A stretch of DNA of 59,662 bases, filler included, from Nemertoderma westbladi (taxonomy: Eukaryota > Animalia > Xenacoelomorpha): assembly GCA_032718475.1 (NCBI GenBank). It is 3 parts of 3 records of this genome, joined end to end, with 100 filler letters (N's around TTAATTAATTAA, not from the genome) between each part and the next. Parts side by side here need not be neighbours in the genome. Positions count along the whole stretch, not along the records: positions 25,609 to 51,966 come from JAUCBJ010006509.1; positions 52,067 to 59,662 come from JAUCBJ010002526.1; 1 more part is not named here. One strand, given 5' to 3'. Numbering within the stretch: the stretch's first letter is position 1; every line of letters starts with the position of its first letter. Below the pieces are notes generated by a model. That model was not told the DNA's origin. It saw only the letters and a program-made list of their open reading frames with translations, and did not search any database. Position numbers and translations under genes: made by a program. Of the stretch, positions 48,946 through 59,662 are shown one piece after another.

Positions 48946-49547
48946 TTTCATTCAAATTGAAGCCTCAGCCTGCCAGTTTTACCCTCTATATAACTATCGA
49001 AAATTTGTATGTACTATAAATCTCTGATCGAGTGCGACCCAGCCACTCTAATAGACTACCCCGTCCCACATTACATTGAAATAAATGCATCCAAAAATAA
49101 ATAAATATATATATATAGACCAATATAAGTGCGCTTATGCCAAACTTAAATTACGATATACAGTATATTCTATATAACTGTTTACCACTAAGCTGCAATA
49201 AAAGTCTGGGGTTTATGCTGCAGAACTGGTAAGCCACGGACGAACACCTACAACCGTACCAAACCGCCCTCCAAATGGACGCGTACCGGTATGGTATGTG
49301 TAATGTGAGTCTAAAGCCATATTCATTGCCTTGCGACAATTATGGCTTCTGACCCCCACAAACACCCCGAAAAATGGCCCTAGTAAAATTAGAACTGATC
49401 ACTGATGGCTCATACACAATAACAATAAGTAAAAATAATTTAAACATCAAACTGCACAAAAAAAGCATCACATTTTATTGTTTACACAGAGACTAGTCAG
49501 TTATGCTGTCAATTATCATTTTTAAAGATAGTTTAGCTAAGGAATAT

Positions 49548-51570
<2,023 letters not shown>

Positions 51571-51710
51571 TTTGATATTTTTTGTGGAATCAAATTTTTC
51601 AGTTCAAAACTATTCAATTCAATTCAAATAAATAAACACACGCAGTTTCTTAAACAGCGATAGCTCCAATAATGAAAGGACGCCAAATTGGTATCAGATA
51701 TGAATTACGA

Positions 51711-51721
51711 TCCTTTTATAT
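51711..51721 (-). promoter_or_regulatory. TATA box of the alpha-tubulin gene
   Basis: TATAAAAGG on the - strand ~145 bp upstream of the ATG. Confidence 0.6.
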
Positions 51722-51966
51722 CCAGTAGTTAGGTAATAAGGAATTCAAGTTATTTGATAGGTCGTCCGCCACCACCAGCTGCATTGTATCTGCCCTGGGA
51801 ACCATGAACCGAACAATTTTATTAATTAACCACATGGCGAACCAAACCACTCACAGTATACATACTGTGCGAGTAAGTTAGGAGGATAGATAAACCTAAA
51901 CCATCATCTTGTGGTTTAGCGACGAGTAGTTTAGTATGGTATCGCATGCAAAGCGATTGGTAGACC

Positions 51967-52066
51967 NNNNNNNNNNNNNNNNNNNNNNNNNNNNNNNNNN
52001 NNNNNNNNNNTTAATTAATTAANNNNNNNNNNNNNNNNNNNNNNNNNNNNNNNNNNNNNNNNNNNN
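51967..52066. other. Assembly gap linker (N44-TTAATTAATTAA-N44)
   Basis: Same 100-nt linker as 25509-25608. Confidence 0.97.
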
Positions 52067-52490
52067 AACATGGCGCAGTGTGTACTCCAACCTACACTGG
52101 AGTAAAATAATTCCCAGTGGCAGAATATAACCGAATACAGGAATATATATCCCTAATCCATCCATCTTATCCGGAATTTTGAAAATAACTTGCCCTTACA
52201 ATGGGAGAGAAACCAGATAATTATTTGGACTTAAATGAAGAGGATCTACCACAACTCGATATACAAGATCTTCGACATTACTGTACCCAGGCTGGCATAA
52301 ACTTTACAAGTAAAACAGCTGCTAAAACTCTTCAGAAGAAGTTATCCGGAGCATTAAACTTTGAGGATGGAAAGGGCGAAACTGCCTCATGGGACACGTT
52401 TGCTAAAATTTTAGCAGATGAACGGCGGGCTGCTGAGGATCGTTCCGCTAGAGAGCGTGCCGCCGCCGAATTAGCTCGAAGGGGGGTGTT
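52067..52490 (+). mobile_element. 5' fragment of an LTR retrotransposon (LTR end ACA, PBS, gag N-terminus)
   Basis: AACA|TGGCGCAGT immediately after the gap; ORF from 52201 has a SAP-like helix pair (LDIQDLRHYCTQAGI..KTLQKKL) and a coiled-coil, then truncates. Confidence 0.65.
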
Positions 52491-54249
52491 AGAATATCAT
52501 AAACTGTTAGTCTGCCGGACTCGGTTTCTTACATTTTGAGAGAGATATAAGGTGGAGGGAAATTCAAACTTGCTTTTAGTTAGAGGTAGCACTGTGTGAC
52601 ATACCGGCACTGCTGCACTGCAGCAATACTGCAATAGGTCTAGTGCATTTATTGACAGGCCTAAATCGTGTATACATTATACAATGATATGTTAGAATAT
52701 CCTATCTTAACAAAGAGAATCAAGTAGGCCCACTAAATTTAGTGGGCTGCTGCAGCATACCAGGTCGTATTATAGTAGGTCATGATTGTACCTTATTGAT
52801 TGCGGCTTTTTTGGCTAATATGTGGCACAAAAAATACACGTAGCACAAATTAAATAATGAAAAAACCAAATCATCCTGATTTTATGATATTAGGGGTTTT
52901 CTGGGATTCTGATCACGAATATGACACTAAAATATAGGGCCTATTGTACAGTATTATCCAACCAAATTCGTTTTTTTGCCGTTTGAAATTTTATGCTACT
53001 TGTTTTTTTCGTCCCGTCAGACAAGCACCAAAAATAATAGTTGCGTTACCATAAATTATTTTAATGAGTTCTATCTTGATCAGCGGCCTATATATATCTA
53101 TATATATATAAACCCCTATATATAGCTTCAAACCAACGCAAATGGTATATAATGATAGTAAAAATTGTCATAAATTCCAACCCGTCAGCGGTCTAATAAA
53201 CACTAAACATCGTAGTGTTTTACAGTAGTAAGCGTAGGCCTACAATATGTAATAAATTGTCATACAAGTGCATCGTAAGGTTGAGGGGGTTCATGGTGTA
53301 TTTCATAATAAATCTATCTTTAATGGTAATTTATTACCAAAATCCATCTGTCACATCTCATCAGTTGGGACGGTTTTTAATGATGACAGCTGAGCATCAG
53401 TGGGTTAACATCAGTATATTCCCATCCAAGGTTCTCAGGGACATAACGGCACATTATTGTCATCAATGAAGATAATAAATAAATAAATAGTCACAATGGA
53501 CGCCGTAGAGCTGCAATGCTCCCAAGCGGGGGGAAGCGGATAGCTGAAAAAAAAACGGCGGTTTAGATTTAGTATTTATTATTTTTGCTATCTTGATATT
53601 TGGACTTCATACAGTACAGTAGTTAATGACTCCAGTTACTGTGAACTCACTGAGTCACAGAGGATGTATTTTTTCGAAAATTTTAAAATTATTTTACGAC
53701 AATTAGGTGGATTAATAAATATTGTAAGCCTACGAGAAAGTTATCGCGATCGCCTAACGGCTATGGAACAACGAAAATAATGAAACTCACTTCCACTCGT
53801 GAGTTCGGTGCCTTGCACACCGGCTCCAAATCTGGAACAAACTACAGTATTATAAACTCCACTCACTAAAAATCTCGTAAATCACTTCCTCGAAAAATGA
53901 AGAAACATAAGACATAAAACTGAAGACCTACTGTATAGTAACAATAAATAACCGAGTTTACTCTCTCCTTGCCTTATTGTACACGTCCACACAATGGACC
54001 CATCTAAGTGTTGCTATAACGATACTCAACGCACCCCGTTCGATTCCATTGTGGGTTGCGCCTCTACCGGGCAGTAGATGCAATGTAACTCCAGATAATA
54101 GCTCCATCGAAGTGACACTCAAATTGTAACAATCGCTGCCTCTCTCTTAGCCCCCACGTCTATCCCCCCCCCCCCCCCCCATCCCCGTACCTTCCCTATC
54201 ACCTCCCATCCCTTTTTTAAATTAAATATACCACATAAACATATTTACA

Positions 54250-54450
54250 TTGAGTTATATTGGTGTTATAAGCCACAACTCATTTTAGGCATTTTATCGA
54301 TTTTATATCACTGAAGACGTGTGTTAATACACGAAATGGCCATATGATAAAAGGAAATTGTTTTACTTAGAATCGTGGCTTAGACCCTTAAAACACCAAT
54401 ATAACTCGATTTTAATATGTATTCGCCGCGAATGACATAAAAACATGTAA
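54250..54450 (+). mobile_element. Penelope-like element terminal-repeat remnant
   Basis: Inverted segments GAGTTATATTGGTGTT (54252) / AACACCAATATAACTC (54392) flank a minimal hammerhead motif. Confidence 0.55.
54306..54349 (+). ncRNA. Minimal type I hammerhead ribozyme (Penelope-type)
   Basis: Stem I TATCA/TGATA, core CTGAAGA(C), stem II GTGTGT-TA-ATACAC, GAAA, palindromic stem III TGGCCA, UA cleavage site after 54344. Confidence 0.72.
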
Positions 54451-54829
54451 AGACATTTAAACTCGCTTCATATTTAAACATAAACATATCATCTCATTGA
54501 TAGACTACATACTTTAGCTCTGCTACACAATGGGAATAATTAATATGTTGTTAAGTTATAATCAAAATGTTAAGCTATGTACGTACGTTTTATGTAAATA
54601 TACGAGCGCGCAAGGGCTCTCTGTAATGAATATCTGGCCCACACAAGTAAAATGGTCCATGAATAGACAAACAATCTCAGTAAGGGTTAGGAAAATGTTT
54701 TTTTATAATTCCAATATATTATTATTATAGAAGAAAGAAATTGAGTTAAATAAACTGAAGTAAACTTTAGGGGTTCGCCGAATTGCATGGGGAAATCTGC
54801 TATATTAATATTATGTCTGAATGATACTA

Positions 54830-55455
54830 AGTCGTGTGGGGCGAGACACGTAGTCGGCGAGCCTTTGCATACGGTTCATATAGGGCAAATGGGGCATGTC
54901 CGTCTGTCTGTCTGTCCGTCCGTCCGTCTGTCTGGTAAATGTTTGAACGCGAATTTCTCGGCATCGCTCGTTCGGAATTGAACCAAACTTAGTAGGTAAG
55001 TAGTAGAGAGAAAGTTTAGAAAGTTTGTAAAGTTTGGTGAAAAATCATGCAGTCTGACGTCAGCTACGACAGATTATGTGGTTTTTAGAAAATGTTAAAT
55101 TTCTCGGGAAGGCCTCATTTTCCTGAGCTGAAATTTTGGTGGCCTGTAGAGAATCATGAAGTCTATCTTTTACGAAATTGAAAAGTTAAGACATTTAATT
55201 GGGGATCCGCTAGAGACTCAGAAGTAATGACATAGGCCTACCGGTACGGTACTGCTGTACAGTGCTGCACTGGTAAGTACGAAATTGCAGAATAACAATT
55301 TGACACCACCTAGCGGATTAACATATGATTGTATATCGAATGAATACATTTATAGCATGGGATATGGGGTCCAAACTAGACATGCCCCATTTGCTCTATA
55401 TGAACCGTATGCCAAGGCTTGCCGACTACGTGCTGCGCGAAGTCCCCACGAACGT
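54830..55455. mobile_element. Non-autonomous element with 54-bp inverted repeats and a (GTCY)n microsatellite (DINE/HINE- or MITE-like)
   Basis: 54847-54900 is the reverse complement of 55379-55432 with 3 mismatches; GTCCGTCTGTCTGTCTGTCCGTCCGTCC directly inside, then AATTGAACCAAACTT. Confidence 0.75.
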
Positions 55456-55949
55456 GTTACCGTCGTTGCAAAGAAAAGCACGTCGTGGTAAAACATAATC
55501 GTAAAAAATATAGATCCTGTAAGCCCCCGTTTGCCGTACCCGCCGCTATCATGAAGTAATCAAATAATCTCTCAATCTAATATAATATATAATCTAATAC
55601 TCAATATAATCATAATCTCTAATACAGTCCTATCGGTACATAATCAGATCTCGACTCCCAGACTATCAGTCATATCTCCCAAAAACCCTCTTCCATGGCC
55701 TACTCTGTATCACATCCTTACATATTCCCCCCGCACAAAAAAGGCACTCTTACCACAGAGTGTCAAAAGAAAATTCGTAATAGCTAATACTCTAGCTCTC
55801 AAAAAATATACCGAAAAATAATAATATTAAGCACAAAACACATTAAGCACAAAACAAAAAAAAATGTAAATCGTATATGTCCCAAAAATAATAAAAATAC
55901 GCACAAAAAAAATATATAAATCTCATATATTTATATCCCAAAAATAATA

Positions 55950-56690
55950 ATTTGACTGACTTGGTACTTCCGATTTACAATTACGTAATCGGTCAATGTT
56001 TACAAATAAAATCTTATCATGTGGCTTGTCAACCAATCTTATTTCCGCATTATTGCGACAATTTTTAGAATTCTAAAAATGGCCTAGTGAGTTTATGATA
56101 CTTTCCTTTCACCAAATCAGGTCGGTGAAGGAACACCCTATCTCCGACTCGATATGTGACTGATTTACGTTTTTTATCAAACTATTCCTTATATTGCACC
56201 TGCGCCTTATTCTATGTTGTGTCGTGCAATATCCCACGCCGTAGATAGATGATCTGACAACTCAGTTCTATAATCATCCAAATCCACTTGATTTGATAGA
56301 CTGTCCGAGGTCTATTCAAAGCCGTTTCGGTTGGCAATCGGGCATCCCGCCCATATAACAAAAAAAACGGCGATTCATTTGTACTTGAGGGTTGTGATGT
56401 TCTATAAGCAAACAATACACAATGCAACACCCGATCCCAATTGTTATTGTGTCTGTCAGCTGTTTTAGCTAACATGTCTAACAACGTTCTGTTAAAACGT
56501 TCTATCATTCCATCCGTTTGAGGGTGAAATGCACTGGTATTAATTTTCCGAATCCCGCACAAATCGCACACAGATAAAAATAAATCAGACAAAAAGTTAG
56601 TACCTCTGTCTGATAACAGCTCCCGAGGTACTCCATGCCTGCCAATAAAATCTATGAAACAATTTGCTACTGTCTCCGCTTTATACCAAA
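55950..56690 (-). mobile_element. Gypsy-type integrase remnant
   Basis: HGVPRELLSDRGTNF, TSAFHPQTDGMIERFNRTL, LFAYRT, SPFFLLYGRD; frameshifted 3' part; 5' part replaced by a minisatellite. Confidence 0.88.
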
Positions 56691-58086
56691 TGTTGTTATT
56701 GTTGTGTGGGTTCATAACTTTATTAAATACCATATGTTTTTATTGTTGTTTGGGTTCATAACTTTATTAAATACCAAATGTTGTTATTGTTGTGTGGGTT
56801 CATAACTTTATTAAATACCAAATGTTTTTATTGTTGTGTGGGTTCATAACTTTATTAAATAACAAATGTTTTTATTGTTGTTTGGGTTCATAACTTTATT
56901 AAATACCAAATGTTTTTATTGTTGTGTGGGTTCATAACTTTATTAAATAACAAATGTTTTTATTGTTGTTTGGGTTCATAACTTTATTAAATACCAAATG
57001 TTTTTATTGTTGTGTGGGTTCATAACTTTATTAAATACCAAATGTTTTTATTGTTGTTTGGGTTCATAACTTTATTAAATACCAAATGTTTTTATTATTG
57101 TGTGGGTTCATAACTTTATTAAATACCAAATGTTTTTATTGTTGTATGGGTTCATAACTTTATTAAATACCAAATGTTTTTATTGTTGTGTGGGTTCATA
57201 ACTTTATTAAATACCAAATGTTGTTATTGTTGTGTGGGTTCATAACTTTATTAAATACCAAATGTTTTTATTGTTGTGTTGGTTCATAACTTTATTAAAT
57301 ACCAAATGTTTTTATTGTTGTGTGGGTTCATAACTTTATTAAACACCATATGTTTTTATTGTTGTTTGGGTTCATAACTTTATTAAATACCAAATGTTTT
57401 TATTGTTGTGTGGGTTCATAACTTTATTAAATACCAAATGTTTTTATTGTTGTGTGGGTTCATAACTTTATTAAACACCATATGTTTTTATTGTTGTGTG
57501 GGTTCATAACTTTATTAAATACCAAATGTTTTTATTGTTGTTTGGGTTCATAACTTTATTAAATACCAAATGTTTTTATTGTTGTGTGGGTTCATAACTT
57601 TATTAAATACCATATGTTTTTATTGTTGTGTAGGTTCATAACTTTATTAAATACCAAATGTTTTTATTGTTGTTTGGGTTCATAACTTTATTAAATACCA
57701 AATGTTTTTATTGTTGTGTGGGTTCATAACTTTATTAAATACCAAATGTTGTTATTGTTGTGTGGGTTCATAACTTTATTAAATACCAAATGTTTTTATT
57801 GTTGTGTGGGTTCATAACTTTATTAAATACCATATGTTTTTATTGTTGTGTAGGTTCATAACTTTATTAAATACCAAATGTTTTTATTGTTGTTTGGGTT
57901 CATAACTTTATTAAATACCAAATGTTTTTATTGTTGTGTGGGTTCATAACTTTATTAAATACCAAATGTTGTTATTGTTGTGTGGGTTCATAACTTTATT
58001 AAATACCAAATGTTTTTATTGTTGTGTGGGTTCATAACTTTATTAAATACCATATGTTTTTATTGTTGTGTGGGTTCATAACTTTA
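56683..58086. repeat. AT-rich 44-bp minisatellite, ~32 copies
   Basis: ATACCAAATGTTTTTATTGTTGTGTGGGTTCATAACTTTATTAA with point variants. Confidence 0.96.
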
Positions 58087-58235
58087 AATAACTTCAGGTC
58101 TCAAAACCCAAGAATAACAAGATATAAGCAATCAGTATTAATCGACATGTTAACTTTTACGATATTTACATAATCCAAGCATAAAAAAATCTTACTTTGG
58201 CCCCATTTAACATCAATTACTACTTCTATCGGTAG

Positions 58236-58960
58236 GCTGTATTGCAGCTGCATTATTATTTATTAATTATTATATTATTGCAGTTACTATCACCCATGAC
58301 ATTTGCTAGATCATCCACATCTTCAAGGCTAGTGTCCTTTAAGATGCGTCTCAAGAAAGTCATGGGCTGTCCACCATGCTTATTCACTCCATGAGGCTGC
58401 CAAAGTACAAGATTATGCACTGGCTGGTCCTCACGGCGAAAGCAATGTCCTGCAAAGCGGAGGCCGCTTTATTCTAGTACCAAGCTTGGGGGAACCAATG
58501 AGACACCTCCAATGTTATATAGTATCTGGTTGGAGATGTGTGCATTGTACTTGACACAATGAACCCGGCGCAGCCTTCTTGTGAAAGTCCCACGCAGAGA
58601 CGTTGTACTTTCCTTCGAGTGATTAGTTGGCTTAAAAATATGATATCCCACTCCATAGCGAAATTTTCTACCGTCCTGGTAGCTCAGTATACACATCCGG
58701 GTGATGATAACCGGAAGATTGAAACCTAGCAAACCGGGTTCGAGCCCCAATAGGGCCGGTTGATATTTTTCGCTATGGAGAGCATTATCATATTCTCCTA
58801 TTTACATAATATATTTAATTCACCGTCACTCACCCCACAACAATACACTTATTATTATCCAGAGATTTGGTATCCTCTTCTGTTAGAGATCAGAATAATG
58901 GTTCTACTGCTGCCCTAAGGAATCAAACCTTGAGATTCCATTTTATCCTATCTATCATCA
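58236..58960 (-). mobile_element. LINE family B 3' fragment interrupted by a tRNA-derived SINE (+, ~58593-58857)
   Basis: Matches 9830-10320; the LINE breaks at GTGAAAGTCCCA and resumes at TCCAGAGATTTGG; the insert carries GTAGCTCAGT / GGGTTCGAGCCC and a CCCCACAACAA 3' end. Confidence 0.85.
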
Positions 58961-59662
58961 GGTCTTCTGGTATCAAAAAATAATATATTTAAATTTTATA
59001 TATCGCATTTTAATATCACAGAATATCTGTATATTTTTTAACTTTAATAACTGATATATAATTTATTTTATACCTTGTGGTAATAAACAATACACAATTA
59101 ATGTATATTTTAAGTTATATAACGTTCAATCAGTTTAATGCAGATTAATGTAAGTTACAATATTGTCTAAACTATCCATCACATTCAATATATAAATAGA
59201 TTGTTGCACCGAAATACGATGTACAACTACAGACGATATGGAAATAATTAACTGAATAACGTATTTGTAGCACAAAAAAGAAATTTACAACAACCACATA
59301 AAGGTGAGCCAAAACATACAAACGAGTTACACAAAATAACAAAGAAAGAAACACCCCGTTACCGAGTCTAGAAAATATAATTTTCTAATTATTTTATTTT
59401 CATCAACATTAATTTCTATCCCGGTCGAAATAATTCATGTTGCTAAATAAACATAGACAATAATACTTATTATTTAATAATGGATACTGCAAAGCAGTAC
59501 AGAGCACCGTGCGTAGTTCTCTGTGCTGAAGTGGAAAGCTTGAGGCGTACTATCAGATAATCAGGAAATTTCTAGCAATATGAAAAAGTTTTGTACAATT
59601 TGCACATTTTTTTTTTGATAAACTCGTTTGATACAAAAATAATGATTAGGCTCTAACCATAA

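Noticed and set aside
58670-58760. Functional tRNA genes (also 6961, 30377, 48780)
   Set aside because: A/B boxes are present but no canonical cloverleaf; dispersed copies, tails and a TSD indicate SINEs.

Overview
AT-rich animal (invertebrate-like) genomic DNA with spliceosomal GT-AG introns and two artificial 100-nt gap linkers (N44-TTAATTAATTAA-N44 at 25509-25608 and 51967-52066). Manual splicing reveals a 9-exon gene the ORF track misses (1769-~25286, +). It encodes a divergent Cys-loop (pentameric ligand-gated) ion channel subunit with an extra N-terminal 16-cysteine domain on a Thr/Pro mucin-like stalk, degenerate ligand-binding loops and an atypical M2 pore helix. Its introns are packed with nested retroelements: RTE-like LINEs, a CR1/L2-group LINE and a Gypsy element with non-TG..CA LTR ends. 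After the first gap lies a cyclin E gene (+). It hosts an intronless antisense ENO4 gene inside one intron, and probably an intronless TRABD gene in another. Its last intron consists of ~96 tandem copies of its own exon end plus 5' splice site. Downstream are a convergent alpha-tubulin gene, several locally seeded minisatellites, tRNA-derived SINEs, MITEs, a Penelope-type minimal hammerhead ribozyme and further LTR/LINE remnants. All calls come from reading the sequence; no database searches were run, and the species cannot be determined.
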